61,953 bases of DNA from a virus (taxonomy: Duplodnaviria > Caudoviricetes): IMG/VR virus record IMGVR_UViG_3300045135_003620, positions 1 through 61,953 of that record; one strand, given 5' to 3'. The notes beneath the pieces are model-generated. The model made no database searches, was not told the origin of the DNA, and was given only the letters and a program-made list of their open reading frames with translations. Position 1 is the stretch's first letter. Each line of letters starts with the position of its first letter. Made by a program: the position numbers and the translations under genes. Shown piece after piece: positions 37,489-46,887 of the stretch.

Positions 37489-40400
37489 ATGCCGATTCAA
37501 TCCGGCGACGTCAAACTACTTAAATCAGCCGTCATGGCGGATGTGCCAGAAGGCGGTAATGCGCCAACCGGCAATGTCATTGAAGATGGAGTTTCTAACG
37601 CCATTTTTCCTGACATATCCGAACTGGACCGGGCCGGTGGTCGCGTCAACTTACGCAAAACCTTCTTATCGGTACAGACGGATGATACCGACACGTATTT
37701 CGGTGCCAACGTGATTGTGGCAGAACCTCCTGCGGATCCTCGGGTCAGTGTTAGCTTGTTCTCGACCGAAAAGACCTTCGATACCCGCTCGCAGGCCCAA
37801 ACCCGTATCGAGGCCTATCTCAACAAGGGCCCTGAATGGGCTGGCTACTTGTTTGAGAACCATATCGCCGGTCAGCGGGTGGTTCAGTTATTTCAACGCG
37901 TCACGGCAGCCATCCCCAACGTGGGCCAAACGCTCGTATTGATTCAGGACGAAGGGTTAAGTACCGAACAGGAACAATACATCCGCGCCACTTCCGTATC
38001 GGTCGTTGAACGCACCTTTACCTACAACGAAGATCAGGACTATCAGGCCAATATAGTCACTCTGGAAATCAGTGATGCCCTTCGTTATGACTTTACCGGC
38101 TCACCGCCATCGCGCCTGTTTACGAGAGCCAATGGCAGCACTAAAACCCGCGATACCGTAGTGGCCGATGCAGGCACCTATGTCGGTGTGGTGCCCTTAA
38201 CCCAAGCGGCTAATTTAGGTGACTTCACTATCAAGGGCGAGTCGATTTATACCCAACTGGTGCCGAGTGCCCAGACGGAAACGCCGATTTCTTTTGTGCC
38301 ACCGTACTCCGCAGCGGGGCTTCCCGTGCCCGGTGCAGAAGCACTCACTTACACGGCAAGTCATAACTGGACGACAAGTCTGAACTTTAATCTACCCGGT
38401 GGTTGTCTGCCCGGATCATTCAGCATGACGACCAATGGCATTACCGTCTTTGATGATGCCGGGATTCTAAAAACTACCAGCGGAGTGATTGGGACCATCG
38501 ATTATGCTAACGGCATTCTCGTGTTGAACTCCGGGACCATGTCGGGAAGCAAGCAGATTACCTACACACCGGCCGCACAAATACTGCGCGCGCCGCAAAG
38601 CTCTGAGATTCCAGTAACCCCAGAATCACGCAGTCAGTCCTATGTCGGCACCATCATTCCCACCGCACAACCGAGCACCTTTTCCATCAGTTACATGGCT
38701 CAGGGTCGTTGGTATGTTTTAGCCGATGCGGGTAACGGATCTCTCAAAGGTCTGGATGCCAGTTACGGCGCCGGGACCTACAACAAAGACACCGGTGCAT
38801 TTGTGGTGACGTTGGGCGCACTTCCAGATGTGGGTAGTTCGTTGATCCTCAACTGGAACGTGCCAACACAAGAAACTGCACAACCCAGAACCACATTATC
38901 GGCATCGCAAACCATCACTCTGACACCACCTGAAGGACAATCCGTTCAACCGGGCTCATTGTCGATAAGTTGGGAATACAACGGCACCCAAACCGCCAGC
39001 GCACAAACCGATGGGGTATTGATCGGCTCTGCCTCAGGTGAGTTGAGCGTGGGTCAAAGCACACTGACCTTTGCACCCAACGTGCTACCTAATGTTGGCA
39101 CATTACTGACTATTGACTACACGGCAGGGCCTAAACAAGAGGATAGCTTTGCGCATCCCTCTCGAGACGGAAATGGACAATTACCTGTCACCGCAACGCT
39201 TGGTTCCATCGAGCCCGGGTCGTTAGAGGTGGAGTGGAATACCCTGACCGACGAGACCGTGCTGGGCTTGTATACCATCACCCAATTACGCGAAATGGGT
39301 ATCGGGTTGTCATCGGGTGTCTGGGTTGATCCCACCCAAATTGCTCGCGATGATGGAAACGGTAACGTGATCTTGAATGACACTATCGTGGGCAGTGTTA
39401 ACTACGGTACCGGTGAGGTCATCTTTCAACCCGATACTGAAATAAAAATACCTCGCCCTCAATACAGTGCTCAACGAATTGGATTTAGCAGCAGAGGATG
39501 GCAACACCGTTTGAACTACAGTGGCATCACCTATGTTAGCGCGCCATCCTTATACCCCAACGACGAAAGCGGCTACGTCAAACTCCGCTACAACAGCCCA
39601 GGTTCAACCTCCGCACACAGTGAAACTATCGAGTTTCAGCCAAGCTTTCGCTTAGTCGAAGGGGTTAACGCGCAAATTATTCCAGGCTCGATCATCTTGG
39701 CAGCCAACAATGCAGAACCCTGGGGCGATAACAGCCAAGGCACCTTACGCGAGAACTCCAGTAACGGTTGGATTACCCGTGGCAACGTCAACTACCTGTC
39801 GGGTGAGGTAGCTCTTACCTCATGGTTGGCTGGCATGACCAACAGTCTGCAACGTGCCAGCTGTGTTACCACCGTGGGCGAGAACATCTCCAGTGAATAT
39901 GTGTTTAGAACGGGCGCTGCACCGTTACGCCCAGGCTCGCTCTCCATTCAATACGCTCGTGCCGATGGCGGTACCCAAAGTGTTACAGCCAATATCGATG
40001 GCACCATTGAAGCGACGGGTGTCACCGGCTCGGTTGACTATGAAAGCGGCCTCGTGCGTATTGCCTTTGGCACCGTCGTGGTCGCAGCTGGTAATGAGGA
40101 CGAACCTTGGTTTGATGCCAGCAACGTGGATGAGAATGGCGACATCTTCAAACCCGAACCGGTCGCGGCATCCACTGTGCGCTACAGTGCCGTCGCCTAC
40201 AGTTACCTACCACTGGACGCTGATCTTCTGGGGATAGATCCCGTGCGATTGCCCAGCGATGGCAGAGTCCCGATCTTTCGGCCCGGCGGTTTTGCGGTCG
40301 TTGGCCATACGGGCAAAATCACAGCCTCTGTGAGTAATGGTATGACAGTGGATTGCAGTCGGGTCCGTCTGTCACGGGTTCGAGTTGTCGATACTAATGG

Positions 40401-41091
40401 TGCCGTCATCAATACGGGTTATACAACGGATCTTGAGGCGGGCACGGTCACTTTTACTGATGTGACGGGTTACATTCAGCCAGTCACGATTGAACACCGC
40501 GTCGAAGACATGGCCGTGGTTCGTGACGTACAGATCAATGGCGAGATCAGCTTCACCCGAGCCATCACCCACGACTATCCGTTAGCCGATATCGGCGATC
40601 CCAAGTCGGGCAGTTTTGTGGCAAGCGCTCTCATCGCAGGCGATCTGTTTGCACGAGTAAACTTAGTGTTCGACCAAGCCTCATGGAATGGCAATTGGTC
40701 GGATGATTTGTCAGGCACTGCTGCAACAGCCACGTTTAACAACACCCAATACCCTATTCAGGTCACCAACCGCGGTGCATTAACCGAGCGTTGGATCGTG
40801 CGCTTTACCAATAGCACATCGTTTGAGGTGATTGGTGAAAACGTCGGCGTCATTGCCACGGGTAATACCAGCACTGATTGCTCACCCATTAACCCGGCAA
40901 CTGGCGTGCCTTACTTTTACCTACCCGCTCTCGGCTGGGGTACGGGTTGGGCCACGGGCAATGTGCTGCGGTTTAACACCATTGGCGCCCAATTTCCTGT
41001 ATGGGTCGCCCGCACAGTACAACAAGGCCCCGAGACCGTTCCTGATGATGCTTTCACCTTGCTGCTACGCGGCGATGTCGATACACCCTGA
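37489..41091 (+). CDS. Large tail-tip / baseplate structural protein
   Basis: 1200 aa; SNAIFPDISELDRAGGRVNLRK; repeated G(T/S)(I/V)(D/N)Y..G beta motifs. Confidence 0.75.
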   Translation: MPIQSGDVKLLKSAVMADVPEGGNAPTGNVIEDGVSNAIFPDISELDRAGGRVNLRKTFLSVQTDDTDTYFGANVIVAEPPADPRVSVSLFSTEKTFDTRSQAQTRIEAYLNKGPEWAGYLFENHIAGQRVVQLFQRVTAAIPNVGQTLVLIQDEGLSTEQEQYIRATSVSVVERTFTYNEDQDYQANIVTLEISDALRYDFTGSPPSRLFTRANGSTKTRDTVVADAGTYVGVVPLTQAANLGDFTIKGESIYTQLVPSAQTETPISFVPPYSAAGLPVPGAEALTYTASHNWTTSLNFNLPGGCLPGSFSMTTNGITVFDDAGILKTTSGVIGTIDYANGILVLNSGTMSGSKQITYTPAAQILRAPQSSEIPVTPESRSQSYVGTIIPTAQPSTFSISYMAQGRWYVLADAGNGSLKGLDASYGAGTYNKDTGAFVVTLGALPDVGSSLILNWNVPTQETAQPRTTLSASQTITLTPPEGQSVQPGSLSISWEYNGTQTASAQTDGVLIGSASGELSVGQSTLTFAPNVLPNVGTLLTIDYTAGPKQEDSFAHPSRDGNGQLPVTATLGSIEPGSLEVEWNTLTDETVLGLYTITQLREMGIGLSSGVWVDPTQIARDDGNGNVILNDTIVGSVNYGTGEVIFQPDTEIKIPRPQYSAQRIGFSSRGWQHRLNYSGITYVSAPSLYPNDESGYVKLRYNSPGSTSAHSETIEFQPSFRLVEGVNAQIIPGSIILAANNAEPWGDNSQGTLRENSSNGWITRGNVNYLSGEVALTSWLAGMTNSLQRASCVTTVGENISSEYVFRTGAAPLRPGSLSIQYARADGGTQSVTANIDGTIEATGVTGSVDYESGLVRIAFGTVVVAAGNEDEPWFDASNVDENGDIFKPEPVAASTVRYSAVAYSYLPLDADLLGIDPVRLPSDGRVPIFRPGGFAVVGHTGKITASVSNGMTVDCSRVRLSRVRVVDTNGAVINTGYTTDLEAGTVTFTDVTGYIQPVTIEHRVEDMAVVRDVQINGEISFTRAITHDYPLADIGDPKSGSFVASALIAGDLFARVNLVFDQASWNGNWSDDLSGTAATATFNNTQYPIQVTNRGALTERWIVRFTNSTSFEVIGENVGVIATGNTSTDCSPINPATGVPYFYLPALGWGTGWATGNVLRFNTIGAQFPVWVARTVQQGPETVPDDAFTLLLRGDVDTP

Positions 41092-41102
41092 GATAACAAC
41101 CC

Positions 41103-42368
41103 ATGACTGACCTAAGCGTTAAATACTTCAACTCCGGTATGGCCGGTGCCCCTCAGGTATCGAATAACTGGGGCGATCTCGTCACTATGTTAGATGCCTG
41201 CCTGATCAATGGTTTTAACCTCAAGGCGATTGATAGCCTGACTTATGCCGACGGGATTGCTACCGCCACGATCACCACAGGGCATGCGTACCAAGTCGGG
41301 CAGATTCTTAACATCGATGGTGCTACCCAAGCGGAATATAACGGTGAACATCGTGTGATTGGCACCACGGCTACAACCTTCACCTATGCGATTTCCGGGT
41401 CGCCAGCATCACCGGCAACCACAACAACCAGTCTCAGTGCGATGGTGTCGCCACTGGGTTGGGAAACGCCATTTACTGGAACAAATAAACGTGCCTATCG
41501 AAGCAAAAATCCACAGTCCCCCGGTAATATGCTGCTTATCGATGATGGCATCAAAGCGAATGAGTATGCTGATACTTGGGCGAAATGGGCCAACGTCGGC
41601 ATTGTTGAAGGCATGGCGGATATCGACACCATTGTCGGTAGCCAAGCGCCCTTTGATGCCAGTAAACCCACCCAAAACTGGCAACAGTGGGAAGCCAACC
41701 AATGGGGCTGGTTCAAGTGGTATCACGCCCAGCAATCCGGTTACGACATTTACGGCGATGGCGGTGGCGGCGATCGCAACTGGGTGCTCATCGGTGATGA
41801 TCGCCTGTTCTATTTGTTTATCACCAACCAAAAAGACTACAACTGGTATGGTCGTAATTTTTATTGTTTCGGCGACATCGAAAGCTTTAAGCCGGGTGAT
41901 CGTTACCATACCGTGCTGTGTGCCGATGACCACTACTGGTCCAATAACAACTATTCCAGCTACCCCGGTCAATACAACGGCTATGGCTTGACCCACACCT
42001 TGAACTGGAACGGCAAAGCAATGCTTCGCAACCATACCCAAGTTGGTAATTACATCCGCTGGGGTGTGACCTCACTGAACACAGGAAACAACCAACAGAT
42101 TTGTGGGCGAGGTAATTTACCCTTCCCCAATGGCGCTGATTACAGCCTGTGGCTCATGCCAACTTTCGTACGCCAAGAAGATGGTCACATGCGTGGCACC
42201 ATGCCGGGTATGCACTGGATGCATCAAGACCGACCTTATAGCGACCAGACCATTATCGACAATGTGGTCGGCCAACCCGACAAGCAATTTGTATTAGTGC
42301 GAACCCAATACAGTTCCGATAGCGAAGGTGCCCAAGTGGCGTTCGATATCACCGGGCCTTGGCGGTAA
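41103..42368 (+). CDS. Tail-associated protein
   Basis: GAPQVSNNWGDLVTMLDACLINGF N-terminus; GH...G..LNIDGA...YNGEHRV module; W/Y-rich C-terminus. Confidence 0.7.
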   Translation: MTDLSVKYFNSGMAGAPQVSNNWGDLVTMLDACLINGFNLKAIDSLTYADGIATATITTGHAYQVGQILNIDGATQAEYNGEHRVIGTTATTFTYAISGSPASPATTTTSLSAMVSPLGWETPFTGTNKRAYRSKNPQSPGNMLLIDDGIKANEYADTWAKWANVGIVEGMADIDTIVGSQAPFDASKPTQNWQQWEANQWGWFKWYHAQQSGYDIYGDGGGGDRNWVLIGDDRLFYLFITNQKDYNWYGRNFYCFGDIESFKPGDRYHTVLCADDHYWSNNNYSSYPGQYNGYGLTHTLNWNGKAMLRNHTQVGNYIRWGVTSLNTGNNQQICGRGNLPFPNGADYSLWLMPTFVRQEDGHMRGTMPGMHWMHQDRPYSDQTIIDNVVGQPDKQFVLVRTQYSSDSEGAQVAFDITGPWR

Positions 42369-42370
42369 CG

Positions 42371-43462
42371 ATGACGACCTTACTTTTACCTAAACTAGGT
42401 ACCAACAATACCCAGCCCTTTGATAACAATTTCACCGTATCCAAAGATGGCAATCCATGGGGTGATGGCGGCGCTGATACCTTCGATGGTACCCAAGGCG
42501 CACAAGTGTCATCGCCTAATGGCTGGGTAAGATTGGGGGAAAACACTTACACCACACCCGATGGCTCCATCGATGTTAGCAAAGCACTCGGCAGTGATGC
42601 TGTAGATCTCGGTGTGTACTCAGGCTGGGCTATCAAAGGTATCTGGGTGTGTGAGATAGAACTCGGTCACGAACCCATTGAGCCACTGGATCTGCGGTTT
42701 TACTGCAACACCGGCTACGACGGTGCCAACGCCACAGGCATGGTGACAAAATCATTCGAGATTGATGGCATCACGTATGAGCTCAAAACCGTATGGAGTA
42801 CCAATAGCACACAAGATGGTTGGCCCACCACGGGCGAAACCCAATTGACGGTCACAGTCGTGCCGTACTTAGCTGAACACAACCTTCCGGGCGCTAACGA
42901 TTTCGACTTCAGCCGCACCAACGACTCAGTGACTCACTATCTCAACAATTTGTCCCGTGGCGCCACACTCTACATCCAATGGGGCAAGGTGAATGTGGCC
43001 GATGTTCAAGACTGGATCATTGCGGATCTGGTTGCCTCTGACGAGTTTGACCAAGCACCCCATGAACGTACCTTGTTGGTGAATACCGCACCCGACGCTC
43101 AATGTAAATCGCTTGGTTTAGAACGGAGCCCCAACTCAGCGTTATGGAATAACGGCGAAGGCTATGCCTACAGATACCGAACAGGAAAACTTGCAGCGAG
43201 AAACATCTACTTCGGTGGCAATGGCATGATTGAGGGTACTATCAAAGCTAAAGGGACACCCAATGAGCCCTTGACTAGAAAGGTCCAGCTCTACAATGCC
43301 AATACCAATCTGTTAGTGGCTGAAACATGGAGTGATGCCCAAGGGTTGTATCGCTTTGACCACCTGGATAGTGATCAGCACTACAACGTCATGAGCCACG
43401 ACTACACCGGCCATTATCGCAGTGTCATTGCCAATGATCTCAAGCCCGTGGTGGTTACATGA
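42371..43462 (+). CDS. Putative receptor-binding / tail accessory protein 1
   Basis: Variable N-terminal domain plus a C-terminal GGNGMIEG...WSDAQGLYRFDHL...IANDLKP module. Confidence 0.6.
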   Translation: MTTLLLPKLGTNNTQPFDNNFTVSKDGNPWGDGGADTFDGTQGAQVSSPNGWVRLGENTYTTPDGSIDVSKALGSDAVDLGVYSGWAIKGIWVCEIELGHEPIEPLDLRFYCNTGYDGANATGMVTKSFEIDGITYELKTVWSTNSTQDGWPTTGETQLTVTVVPYLAEHNLPGANDFDFSRTNDSVTHYLNNLSRGATLYIQWGKVNVADVQDWIIADLVASDEFDQAPHERTLLVNTAPDAQCKSLGLERSPNSALWNNGEGYAYRYRTGKLAARNIYFGGNGMIEGTIKAKGTPNEPLTRKVQLYNANTNLLVAETWSDAQGLYRFDHLDSDQHYNVMSHDYTGHYRSVIANDLKPVVVT

Positions 43463-43854
43463 CCATTGCACTGAGTGACGCACATCAGGTCATCCGACTG
43501 GAAGCGACCCGCAGTTTTTTAGATCGTGGCATGTTAAATGCCAGACTGCGACTTTACGGTGGCACACGCCCCAATACCCCAGAAGAAACGCCGAACAGTG
43601 TCATGCTAGCAGAGGTGCAACTGACCAAACCCTGCGGTAATGTCACAGGACTCACCCTCACCCTGACCCCCCTATCCAATGCCTTAATCACCCAAAGCGG
43701 CATAGTGACCTGGGCACGACTGGTGAACGGTGAAGAAACCACGGTACTGGATCTCGATTGTAGCGAAACCGACGCCGGCGGCGATATTCAACTACCCCAA
43801 ACCCAACTCTATGCCGGTGGCTACGCCTACCTATCAGCCGCCAAACTTAGCTAA
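43459..43854 (+). CDS. Minor tail protein
   Basis: LRLYGGTRP...G..TWARL.NG; coupled to the upstream gene. Confidence 0.65.
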   Translation: MTIALSDAHQVIRLEATRSFLDRGMLNARLRLYGGTRPNTPEETPNSVMLAEVQLTKPCGNVTGLTLTLTPLSNALITQSGIVTWARLVNGEETTVLDLDCSETDAGGDIQLPQTQLYAGGYAYLSAAKLS

Positions 43855-43877
43855 ACCAACAATTCCATCTACCAAAC

Positions 43878-44001
43878 TAAGCCCGTTTTGATTCCCGGCA
43901 GTTCAAGGCGTCGGCGCACGGAAAATGTGAGCGTATGAATAATACGTGACCATTTGAGTACGACGACAACGCCGAAATGTCGACGAAGATAAGCGGGCGA
44001 A
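43878..44001. mobile_element. ERIC-like palindromic miniature element (about 124 bp)
   Basis: TAAGCCCG...CGGGC ends and internal AAGGCG...GAGCGTA-N-TACGTGAC...CAACGCC, the same motif order as ERIC (AAGGCG...GAGCTTA...TAAGTGAC...CAACGC). Confidence 0.55.
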
Positions 44002-44015
44002 AACGGAGTATTACT

Positions 44016-44441
44016 ATGGCAAACAACTTATACGACAAAGGCCGCCAGCGCTTTCTGGAAGCCCAACTCAACTGGCTCACCGCTGACCTCAAAGTGGTCA
44101 TGCTCGATACGGATGTGTACACCTTCGATGGTACTCACGAGTTCTATGACAGTATTCCTGCCGAGGCCCGCATTAGTTCACCGAGCACCCTAGTAAACAA
44201 AACCAGTTTCAACGGTGCCGCTGATGCCGATGATGTGACCTTCGCGGCCGTCAGTGGCCCGTCGATTGAGGCACTACTGATCTATCAGGAAATCCTCGAT
44301 GTCGATGGGGTCACCCCCAACGATAGCGCCTCACCCTTGATTGCTTACATCGATACCGCAACTGGTCTACCCATCACCCCCAACGGCGGTGACATCATCG
44401 TCACTTGGGACAACGGTGTTAACAAGATTTTCCGACTCTAG
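44016..44441 (+). CDS. Minor tail protein
   Basis: ATG 44016 with GGAG RBS; ANNLYDKGR...LKVVM...DADDVTF...PLIAYIDTATGLPITPNGGDIIVTW. Confidence 0.72.
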   Translation: MANNLYDKGRQRFLEAQLNWLTADLKVVMLDTDVYTFDGTHEFYDSIPAEARISSPSTLVNKTSFNGAADADDVTFAAVSGPSIEALLIYQEILDVDGVTPNDSASPLIAYIDTATGLPITPNGGDIIVTWDNGVNKIFRL

Positions 44442-44446
44442 GACTC

Positions 44447-46861
44447 ATGCTCATGACGGCTCCAGCACGCTATTGGCGCATTCAATTTCGAAGCGTCAAC
44501 ACCTACAACTACGCACAGCTCGGCATCAATCATTTGCGCCTGTTCGCCAAAGACGGCTCTGAACTCACCGCGGCACCCAATACGCCATTGCTTTCCACGG
44601 TATTGAATAACAACCTGCTCAATACCACCAGCTTCCCGCTGGAAAATCTGATTGACGGTGACGATCAAACTTCATGTGCCTTCAACTGGCCAGGGTATCG
44701 CACCACAACCACATGGCGTGCTGTAGATTTTGATTTTGGTGCAGGCAATGCCGTGTTAGTTGACTACCTTTTGGTGAATGTCACTGACACCGACTACAAC
44801 GGCAACAGCATTATTGCAGCCGAATCCATCGACTGGTTGATCCAATCTTCCGATGACAATGTGACGTGGGTATCTCAGTCGATGCAGTATCGTCCGGTAC
44901 GACAGGTCAACACCGATTATCGTATCGCAGCGTCAGTGACATCCGACTTATATCCCATCCCTAGTCGAGATTTGCTCGGCGGTGACGGCGGTATTTACGG
45001 CATCGTGTCGGAAGATGGTGTGGCGATGCCCAATCGACCTGTGCTTTTGTTTGAGCGCGAAACTTTTTACAAAATCGGCTACACCACCACGGACGAAAAC
45101 GGCGGCTACGCATTCAATGGGCTCAACCGCAATAACGAATACTTGGTCATGTCGGTAGATCCCTCAGGACCTCCCTACAAGAACGCGCTTGTGTGGGACC
45201 GCATCAAACCCATCAACACCAAAGGCAACCTTGGCCCACAATCGGCCTTTTGGGCGCGTCGTATTCGTGATCCTAATCTTGGCGGGGTGGTATCGTTTGC
45301 GGATTTCCTCGACAGTGTCGCTTACGATTTTTTCAGAGGTAACGTACTGGGCAGAGAACGACTGTACAGTACCTACCACTCGGTCTTTGTCGGATACGAT
45401 TTTGCACAAACCACTGCTGCCGATGGCTCATTGAAGTTCATCAAATCCAACCGTACCGAAGCCGACATCGGCAATGGGCTGACCCTATTCCCGGGGCTTG
45501 GTACCTTTACTGGGAGTAATAATGCCAGTGTTCCGGATAACTACGCCAATCTGACATTTGAGTTTATCTTTCAGGCGCCACAATCCAATGAAAGCTCACT
45601 CATCTTTGTTTGGGCAGGCCGGCGTGATTCCGACGATGCCACCATGTACGGCTATGACAGTTATTACGGCTATCACATGCGCGCCACCGGACCAACGTTA
45701 GAGGTCACCACCACGGAAATGAACGTGCGCTTTCCACTGAGTGCGCGCAAGAGGACAGATCCAAGAATCACGTCGCCCGTGGTCGCTGGAGAGCTCTATC
45801 ATGTGATGATCGCCTACACTGAAAACCAAAGTATCGAACTGTATGTGAATGGGGTTCAAACTGGCATTGCCGATATTACGGGGGCAGGACGTTTGTGGGG
45901 GCATACCCAATCCACCAAGCTCTTTGAAGACTGGGACAACACCAACCGTGTGTCAGGTGGTGCTTACAAAGAAGCCGCGATTCGACGCTTGGATATGCTC
46001 TACATCGGCGGTACCGGCCACGGCTATGCATCCTCTAACGATGAGAGGTACAACCTTCCGCCGGGATTTGGTGGTGCGGTGGCCTTTGCTGGCATCTATG
46101 GCCGAACCTTTACCGAAACAGAGGTTCAGCAATTTTACGATGCTTACGCCAACACCGATAACCATGTAGTGTTGCCACAACAATCAGGCTATATGGCAGA
46201 AGTCGAAGCAGACAATCCTTCGTTCTATGTTAGATTGAATGACCTGACGCCACCTCAGCGAATCGATACCTTACTGGGGCACCGTGATTATCGTGCGACC
46301 TACGAGACGGGTACAGAGTTTAACAGCGCGCCTTTTGTTTCTGGCTCGCCCAGTATTACCACCAGTAATGGCGGTGTATTTTGTGAACGCGTGGATATTC
46401 CCAGCACCTTTACCGTGGAATGCTTTGTGCGCTTTGACTCACTGGTTGGCACCCAGCGATTATTTCTAACCCGCAAGTACAACAGCAGCGCGTTTATTTA
46501 TCTCTCGATGATTGATGGCGCATTATCCCTGTCAGTGAACGATCGATCAGGTACAACGACCACACAGCCATTTCCAGTAACGCTCGCCACTGACACCGAC
46601 TACCACGTGGTTGTCCAATACGATCCATGGGAATTAAAAGCTACTCGTCTTTATCTCAATGGGGTATTGGCCAGTGAACTCCCGGCTTCGGCCATCCCGA
46701 ACAACATTGATGTGGATTGGCTGGGCATTGGCGTGAACGTATCAAGTACAGGACCCAGTTATTCAGAGCGAGTACAGGGGCAAATGGCTGAATTTGCGAT
46801 CTACAACTACATCGTTCCAGCAGAGCGTATAGCTGCGCACTACGCCTCTCGTAACGCCTAA
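44447..46861 (+). CDS. Putative receptor-binding protein 2 with LamG/ConA-like lectin domains
   Basis: N-terminal ARYWRI discoidin-like domain, the shared GGDGGIYG...GGYAFNGL module, and two LamG-like repeats (YHVMIAY...LYVNG; FTVECFV...YHVVVQY...LYLNG...MAEFAIYN). Confidence 0.75.
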   Translation: MLMTAPARYWRIQFRSVNTYNYAQLGINHLRLFAKDGSELTAAPNTPLLSTVLNNNLLNTTSFPLENLIDGDDQTSCAFNWPGYRTTTTWRAVDFDFGAGNAVLVDYLLVNVTDTDYNGNSIIAAESIDWLIQSSDDNVTWVSQSMQYRPVRQVNTDYRIAASVTSDLYPIPSRDLLGGDGGIYGIVSEDGVAMPNRPVLLFERETFYKIGYTTTDENGGYAFNGLNRNNEYLVMSVDPSGPPYKNALVWDRIKPINTKGNLGPQSAFWARRIRDPNLGGVVSFADFLDSVAYDFFRGNVLGRERLYSTYHSVFVGYDFAQTTAADGSLKFIKSNRTEADIGNGLTLFPGLGTFTGSNNASVPDNYANLTFEFIFQAPQSNESSLIFVWAGRRDSDDATMYGYDSYYGYHMRATGPTLEVTTTEMNVRFPLSARKRTDPRITSPVVAGELYHVMIAYTENQSIELYVNGVQTGIADITGAGRLWGHTQSTKLFEDWDNTNRVSGGAYKEAAIRRLDMLYIGGTGHGYASSNDERYNLPPGFGGAVAFAGIYGRTFTETEVQQFYDAYANTDNHVVLPQQSGYMAEVEADNPSFYVRLNDLTPPQRIDTLLGHRDYRATYETGTEFNSAPFVSGSPSITTSNGGVFCERVDIPSTFTVECFVRFDSLVGTQRLFLTRKYNSSAFIYLSMIDGALSLSVNDRSGTTTTQPFPVTLATDTDYHVVVQYDPWELKATRLYLNGVLASELPASAIPNNIDVDWLGIGVNVSSTGPSYSERVQGQMAEFAIYNYIVPAERIAAHYASRNA

Positions 46862-46887
46862 ATACCCCATAACGATCTGGAGACTGT

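Noticed and set aside
41359-42041. Two 210-aa alternative-frame and antisense ORFs inside 41103..42368, and similar shadow ORFs throughout
   Set aside because: Fully overlap well-supported genes, with no RBS or recognisable motifs; typical codon-bias shadows.
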